Source: Octopus sinensis (lineage: Eukaryota). From it: a stretch of 53,373 nucleotides of DNA. Where the stretch lies: assembly GCF_006345805.1 (NCBI RefSeq), contig NW_021831728.1, positions 1-53,373 of the forward strand, given 5' to 3'. The stretch's first letter is position 1; each line of letters opens with the position of its first letter. Of the stretch, positions 27,331 through 40,428 are shown one piece after another. The notes below the pieces were generated by a model, which did not search any database, was not told where the DNA came from, and worked only from the letters and a program-made list of their open reading frames with translations. The translations under genes were made by a program, and so were the position numbers.

Positions 27331-27690
27331 AGGCTAAATTACTAACTCTAATCACCGTATCCTCAAAATTATTTTACCTTCTTTTGAGCTCTTTGGTTGG
27401 CTGAGGTTGGAGAGAATTGAACATATTCCGTTTGTACTTACTGAAAAAGTCGTTTTGACAATGAGTAATTTTATTGATGTTCTTCACTATTTTTTACTGG
27501 TGTACTAACACTGGTGACGACAAGACCTCCTCCCACAAAATACATGACCTTGTGTCAATGCAAAACATCGTTATTCTTATATTTCTATTTGTTATTGCTC
27601 TTGTCACTGCTGCTGCTACTATTATTGTTATTGTTGTTGGTGGTGGTAGTAGTGGTGATGTTGTTCTCTGTGGCAATGGTATTATTATTA

Positions 27691-27746
<56 letters not shown>

Positions 27747-28045
27747 GAGGGCATTGTTAGGTGTTATTGCTGGTGTTATTGTGAGGACATAGATATTTTT
27801 TTATGGAAATCCTCGACACAATCGTCCATATTTCTATAGGTTTTGGGTGTGAGCATTTTATTTTATTTATTTTGCTTTTTTTTTATTTTTATTTTTCGTA
27901 TTAGTAATATTCTATATATGGTTATTGTAGCATCAAGTAATATTATTCATCTTTTTTTATTTATATATTTACATGGGTGTCATTTATGTTTATGAGTCCT
28001 GGGTTTGGGTCATATTTCTTTATTTCTTTCTTTTTCAATACACCT

Positions 28046-28112
<67 letters not shown>

Positions 28113-28309
28113 GAGAGGGGGAGAGGGGGCGGTAGTCATACATAGATATATAGATATATATATAAACACATGTTTATATATATGTATATATGTGTGTGTA
28201 TATTATCATTATTATTATTATTTTATGTTTGACTTTTGCTTTACATTTGTACAAGTTGGCTCCAAGTCTCACCCAGAGACCTCAAGAGACAATATTATTA
28301 TTGTTGTTG

Positions 28310-28387
<78 letters not shown>

Positions 28388-28671
28388 CATCATTATTATT
28401 AATCAGATAGTGCTTCGCAACGGCTACAACTATTTCAATATGTGAATATATTTCTACAACGGCCAGATTTAGCTCTTTTGAATTTGGCCTTTGAAGAAAT
28501 ACAAGATTGTGTTGAAACAATTGTACAGTTGAAAGGCATCACATTCTTAATAAAAGAAATATCGAATCTGCATCAATAACTCATTGAGTATTTTCTTGAA
28601 ATATAGTCTACTTAATCAGAGATCGATATAAAAACCGCGCACTCTCACTCTCATTCACACACAATAATCCT

Positions 28672-29115
28672 TTAATCTTTTACTTGTTTTAATCATTTGA
28701 CTGCGGCCATGCTGGAGCACCGCTTTTAGTCGAACTAATCGACCCCCAGGACTTATTCTTTGTAAGCCTTGTACTTATTCTATCGATGTCTTTGCAGAAC
28801 CGCTAATTTACGGGAAAGGAAACGCAACAATATCAGTGCCAAGCGATGATGGCAAGAGGGGAAGACAAACACACACACACACACACACGCACGCACACAC
28901 ACACACACACACACACGCACACATACATGTATGTGTATACATACACGAGGAACTTCTTTCAGTTTCCGTCCACCATATCCACTCACAAGGCTTTGGTCGG
29001 CCCGAGGCTTTAGTAAAAAGCACTTACTTACCCAAAGTTTGCCACGCAGTGGGACTGAACCCCGTTACTACCATGTTTTGGGAGGGAAACTTCTTGCCAC
29101 ACAGCCAATCTGCGC
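28672..29115 (-). mobile_element. SINE-B
   Basis: Colinear with 36556-36975; internal (CA)n. Confidence 0.88.
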
Positions 29116-29323
29116 TATATAATATATATATATATATCTATATTATATATATATATAATATATATATATATATAATATATATATATATATTATATATATA
29201 TCATTATATATATATATAGATTATATATATATATACATATAATATATATATATATTGGTAAAAACGATGAGATAACAAAAAAAGAAAGAGACCTCAATAT
29301 TATGTAAATAGAAGAAATTTATC

Positions 29324-29473
29324 TATAAAATAATATGTTACATTACTCAATAGTCAAGATAAACTCTGAGTTTCAGATGCCGAAGTGGAAATCCACAACA
29401 CCATCTCTTCGGTTCGGCATCTGAAACTCAGAGTTTATCTTGACTATTGAGTAATGTAACATATTATTTTATA
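29324..29473. repeat. Perfect 61 bp inverted repeat with 28 nt spacer
   Basis: 29324-29384 is the exact reverse complement of 29413-29473 (checked base by base). Confidence 0.97.
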
Positions 29474-29497
29474 TATATATATATTATTATATATATA

Positions 29498-29531
<34 letters not shown>

Positions 29532-29760
29532 ATATATTCTATAATGGCTAGATCTTGGGATACTAAAAACCGCAACGGTGTGTATCAAATCTTATAAGGG
29601 GATCAGTTAGATACGATTAATTAACCGGCAAGGTATATATACAATATATATTATATATATATATATATAGCTTAATTATATTGTTGATATATAATTATAT
29701 TTCTATTAATATTATCTATATATAGGATTATCTATATATAATATATATATATATATAATG

Positions 29761-29821
<61 letters not shown>

Positions 29822-30028
29822 AAAGCAATTAAGATTCAAGTCAATTCTAATGAATTTACTTGAATGCGGTACTTAACTTAGATGCACCAGAAAACTATAT
29901 GGTGTTAACCATACAGTAATGTGGGGTGATTATAAACGAGAAAGCAGCAACAAGAATGGATTAGTTTTTAGTACAGCTTGAAACAATTGTACTAAAAACT
30001 AATACATTCTTGTTTCTTCTTTCTCGTT

Positions 30029-30075
<47 letters not shown>

Positions 30076-30391
30076 TACGTGTGTGTGTTTGTGTGTGTGT
30101 GTGTGTTTCTGTCTGTCTTTGTCCCCCCCCTCCACTGTTTGCTAACCGGCGTTGGTGTGTTTTAACGAAGTCGCGCCTTGTCCCTACCTTCTAAATGCGG
30201 AGTAGATAAAACAGAACAACAGATGAAAGGAATGTTCTTTATGCTGCCTTCTCGTTTCTCCTTTTGTTCACGTTTTTTTTACGTCCTGTACCCATATATG
30301 CATGTATATACACATATATATGTAGGTATGTACATATATGTATGTATATATGCATATATTTATATATTATTTATATTATATATTATATATA

Positions 30392-30438
<47 letters not shown>

Positions 30439-30440
30439 TT

Positions 30441-30859
30441 TCTCTTTTCTCTTGTTTCTCTACTTGATTTCAGTCATTTGACTGCGGCCATGCTGGAGCA
30501 CCACCTTTATCGAGCAACTCGACCCCGGGACTTATTCTTGTTGTAGCCCAGTACTAATTCTATCGGTCTCTTTTGCCGAACCGCTAAGTGACGGGGACAT
30601 AAACACACCAGATCGGTTGTCAAGCAATGCTAGGGGGACAAACACAGACACACAAACACACACACGCATATATATAGATATATATATATATACGACGGGC
30701 TTCTTTCAGTTCCGTCTACCAAATCCACTCACAAGGTTGGTCGGCGGCCCGAGGCTATATAGTAGAAGAAACTTGCCCAAGGTGCCACGCAGGGACTGAA
30801 TGAACCGGGAACCATGTGGTTGGTAAACAAGCTACTTACCACACAGCAACTCCTGCGCC
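30441..30859 (-). mobile_element. Full-length SINE-B
   Basis: Head ggcgcaggag..gctgtgtggtaagtagc through the tail; colinear with the other copies. Confidence 0.92.
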
Positions 30860-30899
30860 TATATATATATTATATATATATAATATTATATATATATGG

Positions 30900-30973
<74 letters not shown>

Positions 30974-30974
30974 C

Positions 30975-31210
30975 ATGTGTGTGTGTGTATTTGTGTGTGT
31001 GTATTTGCGTCTGTGTTTGTCCCCTTCACCCATTTGATGACCGTAATGAAATGTATTTTATGTCCACGTAACTTAGCGTTCGGCAAAAGAGACTGATAGA
31101 AGTACCAGACTTTAAGAAAATAAGTGCTGGCGTTGATTCATTCGACTAAAATCTTTGAAGGTGGTGCCTCACCATGGCTGCAATCAAATGACTGAAACAA
31201 GTAAAAGATA
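30975..31210 (+). mobile_element. SINE-B 3' half, diverged
   Basis: gtttgtcccc..cggcaaaagagactgata..gactgaaacaagtaaaaga. Confidence 0.8.
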
Positions 31211-31370
31211 TATATATATTAAAAGTAAATATAAGTAAATATATTTAAGAGGAATAATTGATGGATTTTCCTTTATGAGGCTTTTCACGCTAAGTACTTA
31301 ATAAATTCTTATAAAGATTTTATCCTATATATATACATATATATATATATATGTATGTATATATATGTAT

Positions 31371-31401
<31 letters not shown>

Positions 31402-32195
31402 TATATGTATATAGATGTTTATATACATATATTTATGTAGCCACATACTAATGTGATAGGGAAGGGAAGAAAAATAACTTGAATCTTTGGGAAGGTCAGA
31501 TATACTGCTTGCTTTTATGCTTCTACTTCTCAAACCGAATCAGATTAATTAAACATAATAATTAAGAATAATTTCTCCTGACGGTGATGGTCTAAAGGAG
31601 ACAGGTGTCTGTCAGAAAGCAAATCAGTTAAGCAATCGATGGAAATAGCTTTGAGAAAAGGTTATCTCATGCACAAATAATCCGATTCGTAAACAGGGTA
31701 GCAGCACTAAGTGCTGGATGGCAACGCGAGCAACATTAAGCTTTTCTCTCTAGCATTTGCTCTCGAGTCATTTAAACTGGAAATGGGGACATTGGGCAGA
31801 GGAAGGGGCTTGACATTGTTGTCCGTCCTTGCTAGCTACCTATTTAGTCATACTTGCTCACAGCCATGAAAATTTGCATTGCTAGAGCCCCGATACCCCT
31901 AATTATCATTCTGGCACCTAATTATTTATTATGTCATTGCATTTATGACCAAACAGAAGGAAGTTTAAACATGTATTATTTATTGTCTGGTGCAGTGACA
32001 TATACAAAGTATTGTTCAATGTATTTGCTTAGCCATACAATTTCTAATATGCATGTCCACACCAAATTACTTTTTATTTGTTTCCTTAATAAACATTTTA
32101 TATTGCTTCTAACACCAGTTCTTGCCGCAGGATTTTGTGGAAATGCAGCATAGTTATGAAGATAAAATTCAATGACTTCATGACTTTATCAAAAC

Positions 32196-32588
32196 ACTTG
32201 CAGTATCGCCCGGCGTTGCTCGGGTTTGTTTCGACCCTTTAGAATTGGAATTTTTGAAAAGTAAAAATTTTGCATTATGTAGCTTGTTATTCTCTTTAAG
32301 AGAACATTTTTCTGGTTGAAATACACCGAAAAATGGTGACACAGCAGTCAAAAAATCGTAAAAATAGGGATTTTCATAGAAAAAAAAGCACCTTTTTGAT
32401 GTAAATAATTTTTGGTGTTAACATGGTCCGATTTGAATTTTTCTTCTCTGGAAGGAAGAGCAAGCCTTCTTCTATCATACTCTCAATTTTGGTCAACTTG
32501 CGCCGCAGGGTCTCGGTGGAGATAGTATTAGTTGAAGGCTACCAAACCTGTCATACACAGACAACTTCAGCTTTATATAGAGAGAGAT
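32196..32588 (+). mobile_element. Non-autonomous Helitron/Helentron-like (HINE/Lep1-type) element
   Basis: 5' end acttgcagtatcgcccggcgttgctcggg and 3' end acaacttcagctttatatagagagagat resemble the ACTAGC..CCCG..CGTTGC / TTTATATATAGAT termini of this class. Classification from recollection. Confidence 0.65.
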
Positions 32589-33619
32589 GAAGCCTTCTTG
32601 CTGATTGCGACCTGCAGGTCTACCTGTAGATTCAGGCGATTCATAGGTTTTGTCTTGACTGACAGAAAAGAACTGAGTCCAGACTCACTTAACACTGTCG
32701 TTTATAAAAAGAACGGGAATACAGCCCTTGGTCATATTCCTTTAAGCGTCCAATCCGTACTTTTAGAATTAAAAATCTCTTTTGCTTAGTAAAATAAAGT
32801 TTCTCCTTTTAAGAATTAGCTAATTATTTTCTGCCAAAAAGCGATTTTAATCACTTGCCTGGCCAAACCATAATTTTTTCCTGAACGTCCAAGCTTGATT
32901 TCGGACTTTTGAATTAGCTATTGTTTCATATGTTCTGAGTAATATAAACCCCAAGTTACTCTGGTGGTTGAAAAGAATTGGGAATGTGTATCATATGTGA
33001 TTCATAGGCGCTAGGGAAATATACTTAGTGTAGCACATATAAAACACAGGACAGGCAAAGGATTAAAAGCGTAAATACTTTCCCAGCTTTTATGAAAAGT
33101 ACCACCTTGCACCTCCAACAAGAACAGGTACCGTAAGTTAGGAACTCCCATTCTAGAGATATCCAAATTTAGTTTAAGATCTCTGGATTGCTGGGACTCT
33201 TCGCAAGCCTAAAACCTCTTTTAGACTAAACTTCCTTGATAGAGTCATTTTATTGTATTTCAAATGAATTCTCATTTATTTTTATTACTTTTAAGAATTA
33301 CATTCAATATTCTCACACTGGCATGGTCCTCTCTTCCAAACTCAGCTTTCAAATATGACCGTGGCCGTTCATGGGAATAAATTCTGTTTCTGTTCACATA
33401 AGAAAACGAATTTTTTTGTTGTTAATATCGTTGTTGTTGTTGTTGATGTTGTTAATATCGTTGTTGTTGTTGTTAATGTTGTTTATTCCTGCTTTTTGAA
33501 ATTATTCATTTCGTTTTTCCCTGTTTATTTATTTATTTATTTATTCATTGTATGGTTTGTATTTTCTATACTTAGATTAGTTTCGGTGACCTACGCAACC
33601 GGTTGTGTGTATGTGTGTG

Positions 33620-33659
<40 letters not shown>

Positions 33660-34509
33660 CGAGTGTGTGTGTGTGTTGGAGGACAGAATACTTTCCGACA
33701 ACAAGGTGTTGTCACTCAGCACTTGGTCTATGATCAAGATTATTCCGACTGTGACCATCTGCTTTGGATTTTGTATTGTGTGTTTTTGTTGAGATTTTTT
33801 TTTCTAGATAAAAACTCTATAACTACATTATCTAATTCTTTTTAGTCCGTTGAGTGTGATTTGAGGATGGTTTGAATACTATTTCTAGCATATCAAGTGA
33901 TCACATACAAGCCCAATCCCCTTCATTGAATTGATATCTGTTTTGGTGTCGCACTTTTTCTACTTTTAAATCCTTAAATCCCAACGTGACTCAAGGGTCG
34001 AAAAACTAGATACCTGTAATTAAATACAGGGACGTAGCACAATCGACTAAAAACAAATTAATCTCGAGAAGAAAATAGGAGGAAGTGACTACACTACTGC
34101 GAGAAATAGCAGCCAAACCCACTCCTAACCTTTTCAATGAACAAAACTGCGTCGGACAATAGTATATAGGAAAAGTTGAGATGGTCACACAAGCAAGACC
34201 ATTTAATTTTATATCACGATTTGCAGACAATAGAGTCAGGAGTTTGAGGTTTTGAATAGATTTATAATAACTTCACTGTATTTATAAGGATGGGTATAAC
34301 AAGGGAGTGTCTGAAACTCTATGCAGAGCAACTACTTCAACGACCTTCTTCGTGATGCACTCAATTCACCTTTACACATACACATACTCGCATCCACTCA
34401 TCCATGCCCACGCACACAAACGCACATCCAAAGACCTATGCGTATGTATTAATATGTATATGTCGATATATGTATGTATGTGTGCGCGCGTGCTCGTGCG
34501 TATGTGCCT

Positions 34510-34710
34510 GTACGTCTCCCACCACTGTTTGACAACCGATGTTGATGTGCTTACGTCCCCGTAAACAAGCGGTCCGGCAAAAGAGACCGATAGAGTAAGT
34601 ACCAGGCTTTAAAAATAAAAAAAAAGTACTGGGGTCGATTGGTTCAACTAAAATTGCTCTAGGTGGTACCCCAGCATGGCCGCAGTCAAATGACTGAAAC
34701 GAGTAAAAAA
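34510..34710 (+). mobile_element. SINE-B 3' half
   Basis: gacaaccgatgttgatgtg..ccagcatggccgcagtcaaatgactgaaac. Confidence 0.85.
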
Positions 34711-35112
34711 TATAAATATATCTGTATACACACACGTGGGTGCACACACACACACAAACACACGCACGTGTGTGTGTGTCTGTGTGTGTCTGTGTGTGTC
34801 TGTGTATAAACAAATATTTAACTTTTTTACTAGTTTTAGTCATTTGACTGCGGCCATGAATAATAAACATTTAAACAACAGAATGTTTTGAAATAATTGG
34901 CTAAAAGTGATTATCCAATCAAAACTTGAAGATAGTTCGCGTCTAAACTAACTAACAACTCTACATCATACAACGCAGAGTAGATTAACGAAAATCTTTG
35001 GAGAGTTAAATTAAAGGATATTAAAATGAAAATCCTGAAGAAACTGCACCGGTATTATAGTAGGGTTGCAATAGCAACGGTTACTAATTGATGTAGTAGA
35101 AACATGTGTAGG

Positions 35113-35528
35113 TCTATTTGAAGCTTCCGTTTCTTGCCGGGTGTTTTCCGTACACCTAGGACAGACAAGCTCATTGTATGCATTCCCAGATTACACACGC
35201 AAATTCACAGGTAAAATATGTATTTAAAAAATTAATGAATAAATAAATTCATGAATGGATGTTGTTTTCAGAGCGATGATGCTTTTCTCAGTACATGAGC
35301 TGTTCCAGTTAACACGATTTTTTGCACTCCCTGTAGAGATGGTAACCCTGCTATCATTTTTAAATAGGTTTCAGTACCTTTTTTTATCATTCCTAGAGAT
35401 CCTACAATCACTGGTACTGTAGTCGCCTTGAGATGCCGCATTTTTTCAATTTCTATTAGCAAGTCTTTATATTTGCTGATCTTGTCGAATTCTTTCGCCG
35501 CTATATTGTGATCGCAAGGAATACTCAT

Positions 35529-35530
<2 letters not shown>
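35113..35530 (-). mobile_element. 3' end of an R4/Dong-like (RLE-type) non-LTR retrotransposon
   Basis: MSIPCDHNIAAKEFDKISKYKDL..VPVIVGSLGMI..VQKIVLTGTAHVLRK fits the C-terminal restriction-like endonuclease (D..P..K..KY..L; PVIVGALG; G.AHILR). The 5' truncation abuts a (TAA)n tract. 3' end approximate. Confidence 0.88.
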
Positions 35531-35564
<34 letters not shown>

Positions 35565-35579
35565 TATTATTATTATTAT

Positions 35580-35690
35580 TGGTCTCTTTTTGCCGATCGC
35601 TAAGTTACGGGGACGTAAACACACCAGACCACAAAACATACACACACACATACATATAAATTTATATATATATATATAATATATATATAT

Positions 35691-35721
<31 letters not shown>

Positions 35722-35926
35722 ATATATATATATAGATATATAATATCTATATATATATATATATAATATATATGATAGAACAGGCTTCCTTCAGTTTGTC
35801 TACCAAATCCACTCACAAGGCTTTGGTCAGCCCGAGGCTATAGCAGAAGACACTTTCCAAGGTGCACCGCAGTGGGACTGAACCAGAACATGTGGCTGGT
35901 AAGCAAGCTACTTACCACACAACCAC
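35580..35926 (-). mobile_element. SINE-B lacking its 3' end
   Basis: ggtctctttttgccga..ccaaatccactcacaaggctttgg..gctacttaccacac. Confidence 0.85.
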
Positions 35927-36556
35927 GAAAATAGAGAAATCGAAAGATAGACATCAATTTATTAATATTACTCCAATTACAAATAATCTCAATTCCTTAC
36001 AACCTACAATTGTTTCTTTACTCAATTAATTCAAATAACAAAATTAAACTAAGATGCATTTGAATATAGTTAATTGAATATTAATATTACATCAGGGTTA
36101 GAAATCGATATAAAAAGGAATCACATCTCAATGGATTGATTGATCATTGACAGATTCAGCATATTAACATTCATTTAGTGGAGGTACATGACCTAGTGGT
36201 TAGAGCAGCGGACTCGCGGTCGAGGAATCGAGGGTTCGAATCTCAGACCGGGTGATGTGTGTGTTTATGAGCAAAACACCTAAGCTCCACGCGGCTCCGA
36301 CAGAAGGTAATGGCGAACTCCTGCTGACTCTTTCGCCACAACTTTATCTCACTCTTTCCTCCTGCATATAGCAGCTCACCTGCGATGGACCGGCATCCCA
36401 TCCAGGTGGGGAACCTATACATCACGGAAACCGGGGAAACCGGCCCTTATGAGCCAGGCATGACTTGAGAAGGAACAAACAAAAAACAAACATTCATTTA
36501 GTTATGTGCGCATGTTTATGTTAATATTTTTTTCTTAAAAACCGTTACATGTGTAT
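35927..36556. repeat. Copy 1 of an approximately 300 bp inverted duplication (partner 38247-38666), interrupted by SINE-E
   Basis: For example aaactaagatgcatttgaatatagttaattgaata and gttagaaatcgatataaaaaggaatcacatctcaatggattgattga are the reverse complement of sequence in 38445-38560. Confidence 0.92.
36180..36488 (+). mobile_element. Full-length SINE-E (tRNA head, V/Meta-like central motif) with 14 bp TSD
   Basis: TSD aacattcatttagt at 36166-36179 and 36489-36502. Central cctgcgatggaccggcatcccatccagg resembles V/Meta-domain SINE cores (assignment from recollection). Confidence 0.9.
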
Positions 36557-36975
36557 ACTCTTACTCTTTTACTCTTTTACTTGTTTCAGTCATTTGACTG
36601 CGGCCATGCTGGAGCACCACCTTTAATCGAGCAACTCGACCCCGGGACTTATTCTTTGTAAGCCCAGTACTTATTCTATCGGTCTCTTTTTGCCGAACCG
36701 CTAAGTTACGGGGACATAAACACACCAGCATCGGTTGTCAAGTAATGCTAGGGGGACAAACACACACACACAAACACACACACATACATACATATATATA
36801 TATACATATATACGACGGACTTCTTTCAGTTTCCGTCTACCAAATCCACTCACAAGGCTTTGGTCGGCCCGAGGCTATAGTTGAAGACACTTGCCCAAGG
36901 TGCCACGCAGTGGGACTGAGCCCGGAACCATGTGGTTGGTAAACAAGCTACTTACCACACAGCCACTCCTGCGCC
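36556..36975 (-). mobile_element. Full-length SINE-B
   Basis: Head ggcgcaggagtggctgtgtggtaag, ccttgggcaag motif, internal (TA/CA)n, (aagagta)n tail. Confidence 0.95.
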
Positions 36976-37306
36976 TATATGTATATGCAATTTTGTTTTT
37001 TATTATTTTTATTTATCGTATATGCGTGTTAATATATTTGCAAAACAAATTAACCGCTAGATTTGCATAAACATTACTTACCGATAAGGTCAACGGTAAG
37101 TAAACCAATTCATTCTCATATTCTCATCAATATTTGTGCGAGTATAACATGCTGGTAAAATTTAATAGTTAATTAAGAATTATTATCCAAGTTACTTAGT
37201 CATAACTGCTATTTTTAATAATTAAACACTTATTTTCATTTAGCAATTGAAGTTATTGTTTACCGTGTATCACGTGACTATTAACACGCACACGCACACA
37301 AATAAG

Positions 37307-37365
<59 letters not shown>

Positions 37366-37406
37366 TGATGATGATGATGATGATAATAATAATAATAATA
37401 ATAATA

Positions 37407-37470
<64 letters not shown>

Positions 37471-37472
<2 letters not shown>

Positions 37473-37935
37473 AAGATGGGCTACAGCAAATATTCTGCTC
37501 AATACCACAGATTTGCTTGTCAGTTGTTTGACCTTAACCAGTTGAGCATGTCCCTTAGTGGCTGATGATATGTGCATCTCTGATCACGAGCAGAAGTAGT
37601 GGGGGAACATCATAACCGTGTGTTGAAAGGCATTCTTAGAGGTTTAGATAATTCACTTTTGGAAACATGGGTGGTTCGTTCAACATCCTTACACAATCCT
37701 TATTCAGGGACCTTTTGAACAGGATGGGCTACTCGACCAGAAGAAAATTGTAACTGGGCCCCACCTGCAAGGTCATGCGCTGTTTATCTTGATATGAGAT
37801 CACGATGTCGCGCACGTATGGTTATGATGCATGTGCCTAGTGTACCCTTATCAGACAGGTAGTCATGATGGGTTTACTGAGCTTCGTATATTTTACCCCA
37901 GTGTCACTTTGATGTCATGCACTGCTCTCTCACTC
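37471..37935 (+). mobile_element. Approximately 470-490 bp unclassified element embedded in (TAA)n; copy 1
   Basis: Reverse-complement match to 47971-48459; both copies are flanked by (TAA/TTA)n. Confidence 0.9.
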
Positions 37936-37963
37936 AATAATAATAATAATAATAGTAGTAGTA

Positions 37964-38020
<57 letters not shown>

Positions 38021-38198
38021 GACTTACAAACACATATAACATACAGAAAATTGCACTACTCGGCACTGTACACATCCTACGCAGAACACTTTCCATACAA
38101 TAACCATCAGAGCATCACAACAAATCACAGCACATACTCAAGGCACACAGAGCTGCGCTCGGTAGTGAAGTGAAAGCACGCTATAAAAAATAAAACTA

Positions 38199-38201
<3 letters not shown>
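38021..38201 (+). mobile_element. Extreme 3' end of a second R4/Dong-like element inside (TAA)n
   Basis: LTNTYNIQKIALLGTVHILRRTLSIQ* (stop 38101-38103), then about 100 nt of 3' UTR; (AAT)n on both sides. Confidence 0.85.
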
Positions 38202-38240
<39 letters not shown>

Positions 38241-38246
38241 ATTGCA

Positions 38247-38666
38247 TATACACGTGTAACGTTTTTTTTAAATATTAACATAAACATATGCACATAATTA
38301 AATGAATGTTAATATGCTGAATCAGTATTCCACCGAGGGCGACTTTGCTTTTCATCCTTTCGGAGTCGATAAATTAAGTACCAGTTGCGTACTGGGGTTG
38401 ATCTAATCGACTGGCCCCTGCCTAGAGTAGAAAAGAATATGCTGAGTCTGTCAATAATCAATCAATCCATTGAGATGTGATTCCTTTTTATATCGATTTC
38501 TAACCCTGGTGAAATATTCAATTAACTATATTCAAATGCATCTTAGTTTAATTTTGTTATTTGAATTGAGTATGGAAACAATTGTAGGCTGTAAAGAATT
38601 GAAATTATTTGTAAAATTGGAATTCTATTAATAAATTGATGTCTGTCTTTCGATTTCTCCATTTTC
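38247..38666. repeat. Copy 2 of the inverted duplication, interrupted by a 5'-truncated SINE-A (38324-38435)
   Basis: SINE TSD aatatgctga(a/g)tc at 38311-38323 and 38436-38448. Confidence 0.9.
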
Positions 38667-38858
38667 TTTTCTTATACACAAATGTTAATATACCCATTTG
38701 CATCGATGAGAAGCTAACATCATTTTAGTACTTCACCGATACACTGGATAAAAACGGGAGAACTTAGACGTTAACATCTCTTTAAGGGGTATATACATCC
38801 TCGCAATAATACACACACGCACACACACACACACTCTCTCTCTCTCTCTCTGTGTCTC

Positions 38859-38936
<78 letters not shown>

Positions 38937-39429
38937 GCAAACACACATGTATATATATATAGTAATGGCTGAATATACGATATACTTGTAAAACGAAAGC
39001 TAGTAAAGCCGAGCAATAATTACCCATAGTAGCAATAGTATAAATCGTAATTCGATCCCAGAAAAATATTTTTCCTCTAAAATTTATAATATTCGTAAGT
39101 AAATTGTAATAAAACAACAGTAGAATGTAAAGAATATTTTTGGTAAAGTAAAAAGAATATCAAGATCATTTATAATAAAAAAGATATTTTTATTATAATC
39201 GTTTTCTAAATCACTTGACTCGTGCACACAATCACTAGTTGACACGATCACCAATTCACAAGCACACGTAGACGGACTTGTAGATATCTTTTTGAATAAT
39301 AAAATCTAGAGTTCTTTTGCTTAGAAGAAGCTCTATTTCACTCTCCATAAATTTCTCGAAAACACACAAAAGCATTTGTTATGGTATTGCACTTCGTTCA
39401 AAAATTGGATCTTGTGTTTGAAAATTAAA

Positions 39430-39500
39430 ACTCGTAAACCTGGGGACTCGTAAAGAGGCTCCGCGTAAAGAGGCTCCTCGTAAAGTGCGGTATTACTGCA
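39430..39500. mobile_element. Possible Tigger-like terminus with subterminal repeats
   Basis: The (c/g)cgtaaa motif occurs four times, followed by gtgcggtattactg (reverse complement cagtaatacc..); the partner end was not found. Confidence 0.35.
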
Positions 39501-39523
39501 TATATATGTTTATACACACACAT

Positions 39524-39608
<85 letters not shown>

Positions 39609-40428
39609 GCCTGTAAAAATATGTATGTATTTTGTATATATATTATATGCACACACATACAAAACTCACACACACATACACATACACAAGCTATATATAC
39701 ATACACACGTTACATACATAGACAAAGTTAACTTACGCCCACATATATACTCCATGCAATGCAAACTGTTTGGTCACAGACACAAACACACACACATGTA
39801 CACACACCACGTGAAAAAATACCTCAACTGCTTCACGCAACACACACACGTGTTACAGACGCACACACTTACACACGCACACACTCACTCACGTCAGCGC
39901 CACTAGCCCCTATTCACACACACACACACACTCACTCATTCACACGCGCCATTCTCACATACACGCACATGCACGCGCACCTTCATTTGGGATTATCAGC
40001 ATTTTACTATCTCCCTTTCTTTCAACCTCTTCTTTCAAACTTTTTTCTAATCATTCGCCATGCTTGACCGTAAATCTACAAGTTTTTTTTTTCAAGTTAT
40101 AACTTTATGAGCTCTTCAAATTTCATTACTTAAATGAGACCGGCACCCAGCTATACATCATACCTAATATCATTCACGCACTTTCGAGACTCGTACATTG
40201 ACGTTTGAAGTAACCCAACCACTCCGAATCACCTTTTCTTTTGTTGAGGGTCAACTTGCAATAATACATGATTTTCCCTTGTAAACAGACAAAAAGGAAA
40301 ACGTGATTTTTTTTCTATTGGCACTGCCTCACCCATAAGTATTAATAAACGTTTTTCCTTGACTTTTGCCCTCATCTTTTTCTCATGCACTAGTCATTTA
40401 CTAACAACTACTAATATCTCTCCCGCAC

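Noticed and set aside
31754-31870. Acceptor followed by a signal-peptide-like frame (MGTLGRGRGLTLLSVLASYLF..)
   Set aside because: Ends in a stop after under 30 codons with no donor site.
36180-36260. tRNA-like sequences here and at 1481, 43502 and the SINE-A/B heads, read as tRNA genes
   Set aside because: They have imperfect cloverleafs and continue into SINE bodies, tails and TSDs.
37555-37575. CUGAUGA (CUGACGA in copy 2) in the 470 bp element, read as a hammerhead
   Set aside because: No suitably placed GAAA or stems II/III; the C/T difference fits CpG decay.
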